Assembly: GCA_002633005.1 (NCBI GenBank)
Contig: NMRA01000372.1
Location: forward strand, 211,058 to 275,057
DNA length: 64,000 bases
Source: Phoronis australis
Lineage: Eukaryota > Animalia > Phoronida
Direction: 5' to 3'
Shown here: positions 27,220-40,590 of the stretch, piece by piece
Layout: every line of letters begins with the position of its first letter
How positions within the stretch are numbered: position 1 is the stretch's first letter
Position numbers and translations under genes: made by a program
The notes under the pieces: model-generated
Database searches by the model: none
The model's input: only the letters and a program-made list of their open reading frames with translations
Told to the model about the DNA's origin: nothing

Positions 27220-27957
27220 AAAGGGGACTGTAGTCAAACTAATGTTGCAGTTAATCGGTTCTAACATACATGTACAAATAAAACTCACATTTGCCTGACT
27301 TGCGTGCCAAACAAAAGCCGATTCGTATTCATGTTCAAAACACTGAATCCTGAAAGCGATCGCTGATTGGCTGATGTGTCAGTGACGTGAATGGCGGGGT
27401 ATCGGCTGCTTTACACATTCATTGCTTATGTCATGTTTTGAAGAGTTTACATCGTAATTTATCATTATATCAATCGTTCTTATTTTTTATTGTTTATCAC
27501 AGTGCTGTAAAAGGTTCGCTATGCCTTTTTGTATGGCATCTGGTTGCTCAAACTCTTCGAAAAAGGTGTCTTCTAAGGGGATGGTCATCGCATACCATCG
27601 CCGGATTACCGAAGCCTTGGCCCAAAGGTGTATACTAAATATAGGCCTAGAGGTTTGAGCCGATATGGGTAAAAATGGACAAATGAAATCTGACTCAAAA
27701 TTAATGCCATTAAAACTAATCTCATCTTTATAAGTAAACCTAGGAACCAGGTTCCTAGAGTAAACTAACTTCAGTATTTACCGATGTCAGGGGTTGGAAA
27801 AGTTAGCGACCGTTCATCGGCTGCTGCTAAAATTGTGATGTGTTCTCTTGAGTCGACTTTTTGCGATGACGTCACCTGACCTTTACCAGTTTCTTTTCCC
27901 CCGATTTTTTATTAAGTGTTCGTCGCTGCCGGTACCTAGGTTGCATACATGTTACAA
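27220..27957 (+). repeat. Dispersed repeat (unclassified TE); inverted copy at 46950-47665, partial copy at about 44005-44215
   Basis: Aligns along its length to the reverse complement of 46950-47665, e.g. agcgatcgctgattggctga and ctgccgg(t/c)acctaggttgc. Confidence 0.8.
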
Positions 27958-28446
27958 CAAACTATCGGAACTTGTTTCATTTTGTTACAAGTTTTTAGTA
28001 TTTTTATACTAGCAAACCGAATTTCAGAACAATCTTGGTGCTGCGAAGCTGTCATAATGTCCCGAAAGTTGTCTCGAATTTTAGGAAATGGCGCGTGCTG
28101 AGTGTCACGAGCGTGCTGTTTTTGAAACGGACGACACTTCTTTGTTACAAAAGGCGGCAATTGATTTCCACTTAAACGGCTGCAACGAACAATGTGAGTG
28201 TCGGGTGACTACCAGATTTTGCATACACCCCCGCCGGTCCGTTTGCTTTTTATGTTGATGTAGCCTAAGTTTTACGACGAGGTGATGAGCATAAGTCAAA
28301 GTCAACTATACCCGGGTAGTCAACGGCTGTCTGAAATTTCGAGGTTAACGGAGCTCAACAGATAGTCTTCATACAGCTATAGTCGGTAACTTACCAACCC
28401 TTCAAGTTTGAAAATGAACTTAAGTCAGTTTCTTGGAACGGGCCCC

Positions 28447-29136
28447 ATTGGCTGGCAGCTGCCTGACTGGCTGACTCGAGTCCACCTTGCCCATGGCACA
28501 GTCACACCAGTGTAAGGACTGGTTCATTGCACCGGCAAATTTTCGCCTGACGATGACAATGACTGGATATCACTTTGTGTTGCCGCGGCTCAAACAGGTA
28601 TCCCTGGTGACCCGACATTTCACACTAAAATTTCTTATTCCGACAATATGAAAAACGCAACTTGACTGCATGCTAACACAGGACAGTGACTTTGCCCCCG
28701 CCAAATACGTCACGAGAAGCAGGGCTCCAAGCCGGTATTTTTTTAGCTTTGTTAGAGAATAAAAGTTTACTTTTTGTTGTTGAATTATTTGTGAAATTAA
28801 TCAACAATTCGTAGAAAACTATCCAGAATTTGTTCAGAATAAAATACAGTTCCCTTTTAATGTAATGAGTTAATTTTAACACACCAGCAGTGGCGGATTT
28901 AGAGGGGGTCCAAGAGACCCATGGCTCTCCTAAAATTCTCGTAATTTACATTTGTCAGATGGGGGGTGCAAGTTGCAAGTGTCTGACGGGCAAAATCCTG
29001 GCTCAATACTCTGCCATCGCCCCGCCTAACTCAACTGGATCCGCCTCTGACCAGAGTTGAAAGTTTGTACTTCAAATAAAATTCTTATAAGTTTTGGTAT
29101 TTTTTGTTCTATTTTGTTATTAACTAAAAAATAAGT
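28447..29136 (+). repeat. Segment X, near-identical to 32588-33286
   Basis: Continuous alignment with only scattered SNPs and indels, including the same MITE at the same site. Confidence 0.9.
28888..29049 (+). mobile_element. CAGTGGCGGAT-family MITE with 5-bp TSD ACCAG
   Basis: ACCAG|CAGTGGCGGAT...ATCCGCCTCTG|ACCAG. The same insertion is repeated at 33033-33198. Confidence 0.9.
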
Positions 29137-29842
29137 GCCTATTATTTTATGCTCCAGTACAATATGATTCACGCAGTTGCATTTTGGGTTTGGAGGGAGT
29201 ACCCAGTCCGTATAGCGGCTTAGAATTTTGGGGATGGTGGTTTATCATGGGTGTTCACAAACCGTAGTTCTGACATACAAGGTCAGTATGAGAAGATAGG
29301 CATCTTGTCTTATTTCCCCTTCAAAAGAATTTATACAAACAAGATGTTATAAATATTTGATATGAATGTACATATTGTGGCGAGGTCCAGACTTTTCAGC
29401 ATACATGTATGTTTTACAGCTAGGTCTGTGTTAAAGATTCTAAAGTTCCTGGGTTAATCGGAGGTAAAGTCATCTATATAGGCCAGATTCTTCTGCATTT
29501 TCATCAAAGTTGTGCAGTACTACAACATTGTAATTGTGTCATAATTGTCCATTGTTTGGGTTGGCTTTGGTCTATTGGTCTGCCTGTCATCGCTCAAAAA
29601 TCAGTCGGACAATGTGTTGGTGCCATCCAGGAATGACATGGTTTTCAAATTGGTCTTGTTATCTCTTAGTTTATTAAGTTGTATCTTTATTAAATGGCTG
29701 TTCATTTTGGATTTACTTTTACGTTAGCACAACAAAAGATTTCAGATATGTTTCTGTCAACATGTTTTTTTCTGTCGAGTAACTTCTATGGCCCATCCAG
29801 CCTGAGGATCCATGTGATGTACTGCTCATTTCAGTATGTTGA

Positions 29843-30237
29843 TGTCATACTGTTGTAACTCGCAATGTGAACACGAGTAAGTAATACTGTAGGTGGAGCT
29901 GCTGTCAAATCTCTTTTAAAACAATAACTAGAGTAAGGCCTTTCTCAAAATTTATGCATCCCTCACATTCCAGTCCCAGAAAGAGAGTAGAAGTCTACAC
30001 TAAGCTGTCTGTTTACCGTGAAGCTCTATTGCATAAACAATGGCACACTGCTGTCTCTTGCTGCACAAATAACCAAAGAAGAAACAAGGTATTGTTATTT
30101 CATCAATTCCATTGGCTAGTGAAGATTTATCGATACAGTGTGTCAACTTTGCAAGTAAATTATGACACAATCTCGATATCAGCTCTAGTCCACTTAAGTG
30201 CATCACCAGTGGCCGTGATGCTTGAATACAGTAGTTA
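29843..30237 (+). pseudogene. Duplicated ~400-bp unit (copy 1) with a degenerate THAP-like domain
   Basis: From ATG 30040, allowing a frameshift: MAHCC.SCCTNNQRRNKVLLFHQF-WLVKIYR...VH, the THAP pattern with lesions. Copy 2 is at 30912-31297. Confidence 0.55.
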
Positions 30238-30911
30238 ACACACATTGCCTGAGGCGGCTGATATTATCGTTCTCTAGATACATGTAAACACATTGGGGTG
30301 ACAATAATATTTTTGAAGCAAACATAAAATGAAAACTAGCGGTATATTTCAGGAAGTTAATGCAAAATGATAATACTATATTGATTCGAAAACAAATTAA
30401 TTTCTTTATTATACTATTAATAAAAAATTGAAAATAAGTACTTGAACAACCTTATTTTCAAACAATAAGCAAAACAATGCCTTCTGTTTCATGAATGGCA
30501 GCAACAACGCTTGTATTAATAATAATTACAATCTGCCTTTGTTTTCATGATGTCAAGGCAGCAAAGAATTACTGCTCAGAAAGTATATCCCATAACAAAC
30601 CTTCAAATGGCTAAACCTATCAGCTCCATCTTGAAGCTTGGGAACAAGGCTGGTTGGGACTATGTGTGCTTGGATTCCTGTGTTATGCTACAGCCCAATT
30701 TTGCATACCTGTAAGTCATTCATGACTTATCACTTATCAGCTCAGAGCAAGACTTTTAAATTTTAAATGTTTGTGTACTGTTCGCACTAAAGCGGTTTTT
30801 AAACGATTTCAAGGTTATGACTGGTTGTGTACAGATGCAACTGTACATGTAACAAAACCAGTTGTAACTGTTGCCCTGGTTATGACCCTCTGTGAGTGTG
30901 ATTCAGCGAGG

Positions 30912-31297
30912 TGTCATACTGTTGTAACTCGCAGTGTATGAACACGAGTAAGTAATTCTGTAGGTGGAGCTGCTGTCAAATCTCTTAGGAAACAATAGAG
31001 TTAAGCCTTTCTCAAAATTTATGCATCACTCATATTCCAGTCCCAGAAAGAGACTAGTAGTGATAAGTCTACACTAAGCTGTCTGAATCTCTATTGCATA
31101 AACAATGGCACACTGCTGTCTCTTGCTGCACAAATAACCAAAGAAGAAACAAAGTATTGTTATTTCATCAATTCCATTGGCTAGTGAAGATTTATCGATA
31201 CAGTGTGTCAACCTTGCAAGTAAATTATGATACAATCTCGATATCAGCTCTAGTCCACTTAAGTGCATCACCATGCAGTGGCCTTGATGCTTGAATA
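30912..31297 (+). pseudogene. Duplicated ~400-bp unit (copy 2) with a degenerate THAP-like domain
   Basis: Highly similar direct repeat of 29843-30237, ATG at 31105. Confidence 0.55.
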
Positions 31298-31829
31298 GCT
31301 TGTAACTTTCAAGCACATCATTTTCTAGTAGCACTTGGAACTTCCCGCTAAGTAAAACTTTATTTTAAATGAATATTTTCTGGAATTTAAAGAAAGTGGC
31401 AAACCTTGAATGTTCTACAGATTTCTCAAAAACCGTGACTTCAGAGACTGTCGAGTTGTCAGGCTGGCTATACACACTTAGTTACATAGGTTTGTTTATA
31501 CCACAGAAAAGGTGCAGGTTGACACAAATGCCCTCTCAAGTTGAATGAATCATTTCACAACGAAATAAGCAGTCATGCAATGAGGCAAACAACATTTCCC
31601 CTGGTGTGACCACTCCTGTCATAATTTTTACACACTAAAAACTGTTTCGAATCTGAAAGAGGAACTAGCTTTCACAGATAGGAAAAGTTCAAAACCACAT
31701 AAATATTCTCTTAGTACGAGAATGTTTATATAATTATGTGAATATGTAACCACTGGTTGGAAGTTATATACCAGGGTATATTAGCAGAGTTGGCAGACCT
31801 GGGTGTATAACTACTAGTACACTTGATGA

Positions 31830-32586
31830 ACTTTCCGTTTTTATGTAGCTTTACATTTACACTGGAAGGTTACCAATGTTTTGGGTCGGTGAGAAATAAA
31901 CAACATCAAGCTTTTCGGAATTCTGGCGGTGTAGTCATTACATTGTAAGGATGTATTGGGAGCTGATAGACTTCCTCCAAGTTCGTGTGACGTTTTATGG
32001 GTAAAAATTGAACTACCCGATTATCTGTATCCTGTTTTAGTTTCAGTTTATCAGCCTCCAAAAAGTTCAAGTAAAAATTTGGAAATGATGAAAATACTTG
32101 AGCTGGAGGTGCACGGTTATACTGCGGAAATGAGGGGGTCTTGTCACCTTTTGATAATGAGCGATTTTAATCCTCGTACTCGTAACAGGACAGACTTTAT
32201 CGAAGATGACAGTATTAGGTATATGGATGAATCCGGTCCTGTTTTTGATTGTGTTGGTTATGTAGAAGATAGCCTGTGTTGTAGGACCTCACAAGATTAT
32301 GGTGAGGAAAATGAGTTTGGTGCAGAATTATTAATAGTTTCGTCAAAGAAATAAGATACAAATTCTGAATGGAAGATAAGGGAAAGATGCAGACATTGGT
32401 AGTGTAACATGTGTAACTTATAAAGGATGTAGTGTTGTTGATTACGTCGTGATGAGCAATGATTTACTGTACTGTGTGGACGGTTTTGAAAGCCGTGAAA
32501 TATGCGAGTCGACTGTGCAATTTTCATTGATTTTTAGCATGGGTAAAGACGCAGCAAAACAACTGGGATGGAGGTGAACAGATGGA
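31830..32586 (+). mobile_element. LINE endonuclease fragment (copy A), ending at N 32587
   Basis: AP-endonuclease motifs LEGYQCFGSVRNK...RNSGGV, VLWVKI, VYQPP, IMSDFNPRT and NEFGAELL. Near-identical to 33284-34062. Confidence 0.85.
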
Positions 32587-33283
32587 NATTGGCTGGCAGC
32601 TGGCTGACTGGCTGACTAGAGTCCACATTGCCCACGGCACAGTCACACCAGCTAGTGTAAGGACTGGTTCTTGCACCGGCAAATTTTCGCCTGACGATAA
32701 CAATGACTCAATATCACTTTGTGTTGCCACGGCTCAAACAGGTATCCCTGGTGACCGGACATTTCACACTAAAATTTCTTATTCCTACAATATGAAAAAC
32801 GCAACTTGACTGCACGCTAACACAGGACAGTGACTTTGCCCCCGCCAAATACGTCACGAGAAGCAGCGCTCCAAGCCGGTATTTTTTTGAGCTTCGTTAG
32901 AGAATAAAAGTTTACTTTTTGTTGTTGCATTATTTGTGAAATTAATCAACAATTCGTAGAAAACTATCCAGAATTTGTTCAGAATAAAAGACACTTCCCT
33001 TTTAATGTAATGAGTTAATTTTAACACACCAGCAGTGGCGGATTTAGAGGGGGTCCAAGAGACCCATGGCTCTCCCAAAATTCTCGTAATTTACATTTGT
33101 CAGATGGGGGGTGCAAGTTGCAAGTGTCTGACGGGCAAACTCCTGGCTCAATACTCTGCCATGGCCCCGCCTAACTCAAAATCCTGGATCCGCCTCTGAC
33201 CAGAGTTGAAAGTTTGTACTTCAAATAAAATTCTTATAAGTTTTGGTATTTTTTGTTCTATTTTGTTATTAACTAAAAAATAA

Positions 33284-36200
33284 GTGAGAAACAAAACAAC
33301 CTCAAACTTTTCGGAATTCTGGCGGTGTAGTATTATATTGTAAGGATGTATTGGGGGCTGATAGACTTCCTCCAAGTTCGTGTGACGTTTTATGGGTAAA
33401 AATTGATCTACCCGATTATCTGTATCCTGTTTTAGTTTTAGTTGTGTATCAGCCTCCAAAAAGTTCAAGTAAAAATTTGGAAATGATGAAAATACTTGAG
33501 CTGGAGGTGCACGGTTATACTGCGGAAATGAGGGGGTCTTGTCACCTTTTGATAATGAGCGATTTTAATCCTCGTACTCGTAACAGGACAGACTTTATCG
33601 AAGATGACAGTATTAGGTACAATGTATATGGATGAATCCGGTCCTGTTTTTGATTGTGTTGGTTATGTAGAAGATAGCCTGTGTTGTAGGACCTCACAAG
33701 ATTATGGATGAATCCGGTCCTGTTTTTGATTGTGTTGGTTATGTAGAAGATAGCCTGTGTTGTAGGACCTCACAAGATTATGGTGAGGAAAATGAGTTTG
33801 GTGCAGAATTATTAAGAGTTTCGTCAAAGAAATAAGATACAAATTCTGAATGGAAGATAAGGGAAAGATGCAGACATTGGTAGTGTAACATGTGTAACTT
33901 ATAAAGGATGTAGTATTGTTGATTACGTCGTGATGAGCAATGAATTATTGTACTGTGTGGACGGTTTTGAAAGCCGTGAAATATGCGAGTCGACTGCGCA
34001 ATTTTCATTGATTTTTAGCATGGGTAAAGACGCAGCAAAACAACTGGGATGGAGGTGAACAGATTGAAAATGTTTATAAATGGAACGAGGGGTTGAGCCC
34101 AAGATATGCAGAAAACAGGTCGAGTCAGGAGGTGGATCAGTTGTCTGCTGACGTACAGAGTCCCCTCGACCATAGATTCAAGTGTAGAACGTTTAACGGA
34201 AGCCATTAAATTATGTGCTGCGGACATGTTAAAACCAAAAGTGAGCATATTTTATAATCCAGTTAGTTTTCCCAAATGGTTTGACGCTGATTGTAGGGAA
34301 ATGAGAGCTGTCGTTAGGCAAAAATTAAGTAATTTTAGATTCAGTATTGGAACTCTGAGAGAAAACAGCCGAACTACATGTATATATATGGACAAGCTGG
34401 AAGAGATTATAGAAATTTAAAAATGTGAAACGGATAGAGCGTAACAGAAAACATTGCAAAAATTTGAAATTAGCTGTGGAGAGTAAAGACAGTGAAAAAT
34501 TCTGGCGCACATTTAATATTAAGAAGAAAGGTATATCGACGAATATTAAACCGGAGGAATGGATAAATTAATTCAGCTCTCTGTTTGAAGGCCACTATTT
34601 TGTTACTAATCCGGAATTCGCTGAATTTCATGCTTTTATTGAGAACTTGGTAAAAAATGACATCAATTCAAGTAATGCAATTGTTGATTTGGAGCTGGAC
34701 GCTGAGATCACAATACGAAATTATACAAACCATAGGTAGTATGAAAGACGGAACTTCGCCAGGATGTGACAAAATTATCATTGAGTTCAACAAGTATGCT
34801 GATAAAAAGTTGGTAGATTCGCTGTTCCATCCATACAACTACTTTTTAAAAAAATGGTGTGTTTCCAAAAGAATGGGCAAAATCCATTATAGTACCGATA
34901 TTTAAGGGCGGTGCCAAAACTCCTGAAAATTTCAGAGGAATTTCCTTCATGCAAGTCACAGCCTAAGAAAAAAATATTGTGCCTGCGACTTCAGAAATGG
35001 TCGGATAGAGAAAACGTAATTTGTATGTCTCAAGCTGCGTTTACATGGGCGGTGCACCATAGGGGCTGGGGGGCTATAGCCCACTTTTTTCAGTGCTATG
35101 CTGCACATGGTCTTTAGGCGGTGCACCACAGGGGGCTTAGGGGGCTTTAGCCCCCCACTTTTGTCAGTGCAGCGCCGCCCATGGTTTAGGAACGGGCACA
35201 GTATGGTGGATCACATGTTTGCTTTATGTACGTTATTAATTAAATATTTGACACGAAAGAAAGGTAGATTCTATTGTGCTTTCGTGGATTTTAAAGCCGC
35301 TTATGACAGTATATATAGAAGCGCATTATATTTTGAATTGAAGAACAATCGCATAGAAGGTCAAAGCAATGTACGCTGAAGTAAAAGCGTGCGTGAGATT
35401 GACTAACGGGAGCTACACGGAGTTCTTTAGTAGTCAGAATGGTCTAAAACAAAGCTCTCGGCTATCACCGTTTTTATTTATTATATTTGTAAAGATCTCG
35501 AGCAAGAATTAGAATCCGGTGGCGGTGAAAAATTTTCCATGGGATTAGCTGAATTATTGCATCTGCTGCTTGCTGATGATTTGGTTTTAAAGGACTGCAG
35601 AAAAAATTGAACATTTTATATGAGTATTGTCAGAAATGGAAATCGATTGTTAACATGTCGAAGACTAAGATAATTGTTTTCAGAAAGGGTGGAATGTTAC
35701 GATCGTATGAAAAGTGGACGTATGATGGGAATACTGTTAATATTGTAATTGCATGTACATGTAAATAGTTAGGATTAATGTTTACTAGGAAAGGTTCGTG
35801 GTCTTGCGCACAGAAAACTTTATCATTACAGGCTGCTAAGGCAGTGAATGTAATGAGGAAAAATGTCAATGGTTTTAATGCACTCCCTATTAAAGTTAGT
35901 TTGAAATTATTCGGTTGTAAAATACTGCCAATACTTCATTATGGCTGTGAGATCTGGGGTTTTAGTGACTTTGAATGTGTTGAAATAGCCCACACAAAAT
36001 TTTGTAAAGAAATTTTAAATTTGCATAGCACCGCAATTTCATCGGCTGTTAGAGGTGAGATGGGTCGTTACTCCTTGATTGCTTACCCACTTCCTAGAAT
36101 TATGAAATATTGGTTAAAACTATTAAAAACCAATGCGTGAAAAATTACAAATCATTGCTACGAATGGCAGTACAATATGACGAAAAATGTTAATAAACCG

Positions 36201-36850
36201 TGGTGGGTAAATGATGTGAAGAAATTACTATTTCAGTTTAGTTTTGGAGGAGCATGGTACAACCGGGGTGTAGGCTCCGAGACAAGCTTCATGTCACTTT
36301 TTAAACAGAGACGCAAAGATATTGATCAGCAAAAATGGCAAGAAATTTTGAACAATTCGATTAAGCTGGAAACTTACAGAACTTTTAAGTTAAATATATG
36401 TTTTGAAAATTATTTAGATGTACATGTAATTCACAATGTAAATGTTAGATCTGATATGGCATGATTAAGATGTTCAGCGCATGAACTAATGATTGAAAAG
36501 GGTAGACACTTGAACCTTAGTAGCAGACCAGAAAAGTTATGCCCTCTCTGTGTTAGGACATATGTGGAGTCAGAATATCATTTTGTTACCGAATGTCCAT
36601 TCTACGATGACCTTAGGAAACCATATTTGCCCGCATGGAGCTACAACAATCCCAATGTTAAAAAATTCAACAGACTCATGACTATAGAGGACAAAGATCT
36701 CATGGTCAACATGTAAATATGTTCATTTCCCAATCAAGCGAAGAAGAGCTGGGTTTACTTTTAGCGTTAGACACTTACATGTACCTGTATTGTATTTGAT
36801 GGTTTGATTGTAACAAGGGCCGGAGGCCTAGTTATTGAATAAATACATAT
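33284..36850 (+). mobile_element. Degenerate LINE retrotransposon ORF2 (APE-RT-CCHC), RTE-X-like
   Basis: APE motifs; RT motifs SPGCDKI, QAAFRNGHSMVDHMF, AFVDFKAAYDSI and LLLADDL; ILPILHYGCEIWG; C-terminal IEKGR...LCPLC...ESEYHFVTECPFY; 3' AATAAA near 36838. Many stops and frameshifts. The clade assignment is from motif recall. Confidence 0.9.
35044..35183. mobile_element. 140-bp MITE inserted in the LINE RT domain, 5-bp TSD GTTTA
   Basis: GTTTA|CATGGGCGG...CCGCCCATG|GTTTA. Removal restores QAAFRNGHSMVDHMF. Confidence 0.92.
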
Positions 36851-38834
36851 TAAGATTGCTGGAGCAAAATTTGTCAGAACTTTCAATTGCTCAGTAGTAC
36901 AGTAAGAAGGAAAATATTGACCTGGACTAATCTACAGCCAAGCTCACTGATGACAAACTCAAAACATTTTTCTCACCATTCAAAACCCTAGTTGGAATAG
37001 CTTTGCATGGCTCAATGATATTTGTTTCGTCACTGTAGAATGTAGACTGGCTCAATATCAGGTGTAACTATTACTAAAATTACTTATTAGAACAAGGGGG
37101 CAACGTCATATGGCTGATAAAAGATTTTTAATTAATAAAATACTCATTGAAAAGGGATCAAAACTGAGCATTCTTCCATTTAATTAAGAGGAAACAAGAA
37201 AAACATAACAAATAGCCAATTTGAGAATACATGTGGAGAGTCATTAGGCACATCAAGGACAATAACTTGTCTTGTATACATTTCACTTTCCTTCAACATG
37301 ACTGACTCAGTAAATTACTTGTGGACAGTTTCATGTTTTATGCAAACTTGAGAAGCCTTATTGTGAATGAACGATACCACACGTATGGTTTTGCAACATG
37401 AGTGACAAGACTTATCCAGCACGTAGTATTACTGTGTCAATTTATATCTATCAGCATATTAGAAAGTACACTTGGTTCATAACAGTGACTACACCTCTTT
37501 TTGGCCATGTTAGTTTTCGACTAGGATAACTTTGGTCAGGACCAACGACAACATCACTATCAAATATGTCCCAGCCTGTTATTTGCGTTGAGGGTAATCA
37601 GGCAAATGATAGAAATTGAAGAATAATGATTCACATTGTTCTTCATGTATTAAATAATATTAATGTTTTAGTTCACGGATGTTAAACAGTCCAGATATAA
37701 AGAACAACAAGAGACCACAGTGGATTGTTTGAAAACACCAGTAGTGAAACACCATCTTCAGGCCATGTTCCAAACAACTGAATCAATCAATGACTGATGA
37801 AGTAATCTAATGAATTTACAAAGAAAACTGACACCACTAAATGTTTTAACCATAATTAAACCAGTTGTCTTACTACTAATTGGTATATTTGCATTCTTCT
37901 TGCCAAACAAAAAATCCAATAAAATAGACTGTGTAGTGTTACTATGCCTGACCAGCAGATAGCTCAACAACTGAAGAATGTTTATGCAGCCTGTAAAAGT
38001 GTTCACTTCTTAATGAAGTTATGCAACTTTCACCGGAGTAGGCCTACTTGTACCCTTTGGACAGATGATTCTTGCCAGACGCCTGTGAAGACTTTTTACA
38101 ATAAGATACCAGAAAGTTAAATGTTACAGGTATGTTTAGAACAAGTGTACCATGTAAGGCCTCGATCAGCCAGCACAGAGGAGGCTGCTCGACTGAGTTT
38201 ATCAGTTTTAGCCTCGCTTTGGATTTCCTCTTAAAATTCATGAGATAATATAAGAAAGGTCTATAGGCACTGAGGTCGGTGTATGGGAAGCGATAGCACT
38301 TGGACGGAAATCCAAAAAGTTAAAACTGTTTTAACTGCTGTGTGAATGGTAAAGACTACACAACAGTACTTAATAAAGATACTGGGCGAGAAGTTGTTGG
38401 TAACGGAGATGTATACATGAACACCACGAAAACTGTGGTTACGAAATAAGAGCCCCGACCTGGATTCAGACAACATTTTTTTTTTTGCAAAACTCGTTTC
38501 ATCAGTAACAGAGTTTACATGCCCTCTAATTTACCCCACACTGAAGTTAGAGTCGAGAACGTCATATAACAACCATGTATGGACAGTATGTTTGTAAATT
38601 CATCTCAATAATGCACACCTGCTCTGGCAACAGCTTACGTCTACTTCGAGCCAAACAACATTGATTCAACCAGCAAACCATCAAAATCTGCATCTGCACA
38701 TTCTGCTGAATAATTGGAATCGTAGTCATCAATGTGAACATTATTTTCTTTTCCCGCGTCCACAACCACACTGGCAACGGAATCCGCATTTGTAATTGAA
38801 GGAGTGACGGTTTTGTTCAGTCCATCCGAATTGG

Positions 38835-38979
38835 CAGTGGTGGATTTAGGGGGGTGGGCAAGGGGCCATGCCCCCTCCTAAAATTCTCCCGGCAGCTCGG
38901 GGATGCAAATGTCTGACGGCCAAAACCTTGGCTGATGCTCTGCCGTGCACTCCAACACAAAATCCCGGATCTGCCCCTG
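38835..38979 (+). mobile_element. CAGTGGCGGAT-family MITE
   Basis: CAGTGGTGGATTTAGG...GGATCTGCCCCTG, with flanks AATTG(G) and AATTG. Confidence 0.8.
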
Positions 38980-39280
38980 AATTGCCTTTTATTATGCCGA
39001 GATGAATCTCATGTAAATGTACATAAGAAAAACAATGAGTCTTTTTTTCACAACCTCAGCATTCTCCTAAGAATGGACCTCAACACATAACTTTCTATAG
39101 TCTACCTTGTAGTCATTAATTGTTATACAGGAACGTAAGAATAAATCGAAAGTGGTACGGCAATAAGGTACTGAAAGACTGCAATAGTAAGAGACGTTAT
39201 TTTAATACGATTTTGCGAGAGAAATAGTATAGGGGTGAATGTATGGCTATCGTTACCACCTACACTGTACCCTTCATACT

Positions 39281-39437
39281 GAGGGGCGGATCCAGGATTT
39301 TGAGTTGGGGGTGCCAGGGTAGAGTATTAGCCATGATTTTGGCCGTCAGACATTGGAACCCCGAAGAGCCAATTGGAATATGGGATAATTTTAGGAGGGG
39401 GGGTATGGCTCCCTTGCCCCCCTTAAATCCGCCAGTG
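39281..39437 (-). mobile_element. CAGTGGCGGAT-family MITE (reverse)
   Basis: GAGGGGCGGATCCAGGATTTTGAG...AAATCCGCCAGTG. Confidence 0.8.
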
Positions 39438-40307
39438 TTAGTCACCCGGATGAATTTGGTTCTAAGTGGCCACTTCAGAGGGAGCAACCATTATTTTTGT
39501 TCGAGTCGGAAAAAATATATTCCGAGGATCGAAAAGGTGGCAGGGTTGTGTCGGGAAAAGAAATAAAAGAATAGACAAGACAATGTCTTCTTACCAAATT
39601 TTCTAAGTTCTATTTATAAAATTTTGCATAATAAATCACAAGCGGTAAATATTTATGACACCTCAGTAGTCACTTCAGACAGCTTGTAAATATAAAAACA
39701 AGTGGTCATCTGAGATAGATATAACGGGTTTGTTAATAATGTAAATTTTAGTAACTCTGATACATGGTGGAGAAAAGTAAATAAACTCCCTTCAAGTGTA
39801 CAAAAGATACAAAATTGCGTTGGTTTCAATACCGTTTAATTCACAGAATATTGCCAACCAATAATCATTTACATAAAATTAAAATGAAAACAAGTGATTT
39901 ATGCTCTTTCTAGCTGTGGTGAACACATTAGAACTTTTCTCCATCTGTTTTGGGAATGTCGTCTTGTTTCCGGTTTCTATAAAAGAGCAAAATGACTCCT
40001 CATTATTGTTAAGTGAACGTCTCTCCAAGTTCTTAACAACATTTTGAATCACCTGTCCAGAACGTATGGTCACGGTCTGTCGGCGCTGAACACACAGTGG
40101 TACATGTACGTAGCTGTATTTTGACGATAGCTAGCCGGCTGGCTAGCATGAAACAGGTGCTCGAGTTTCTTAATTCCTCATCAAATGCTGATTATGTTTA
40201 GTTTTTGAATCTACAACCGAAGTTACCACAATCTATTCTTTCCGAACGTAACAATTAGCTCAGGGGTTGAGCGTGTTCATACGTGGTCTGTAATAAGCCT
40301 GTTAGAT

Positions 40308-40590
40308 AATAGCGGATTTGCAGCGACGCCATATTGAACTTAGGTTAAAATGGTGCATTGTGGGTGCTGTGGTCAGGATTCCGAAAGCGGCCATAGTAAC
40401 AAGCATAATAAGCGGTATGAGCGCGAAGAAAACTTACGGCGAATACACTTGTTGTGTTCCTGGCTGCTTCAAAAACAAGAGAGATAAAAATCTGAATTTT
40501 TATGAGTTCCCTGCAAACCAAGAATTTCGTGAAAAATGGATAAACAACATTAGGAGAGCTGGGAGTAAGGGGAGATTTAGCGCATTCAAA
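40308..40590 (+). mobile_element. Second copy (left end) of the THAP TIR element
   Basis: Same terminus AATAGCGGATTTGCAGCG and ORF MSAKKTYGEYTCCVPGCFKNKRDKNLNFYEFPANQEFREKWINNIRR. Similarity stops shortly before N 40604. Confidence 0.85.

Noticed and set aside
37750-38800. Several short ORFs suggesting a decayed gene
   Set aside because: No motif recognised in any frame examined.
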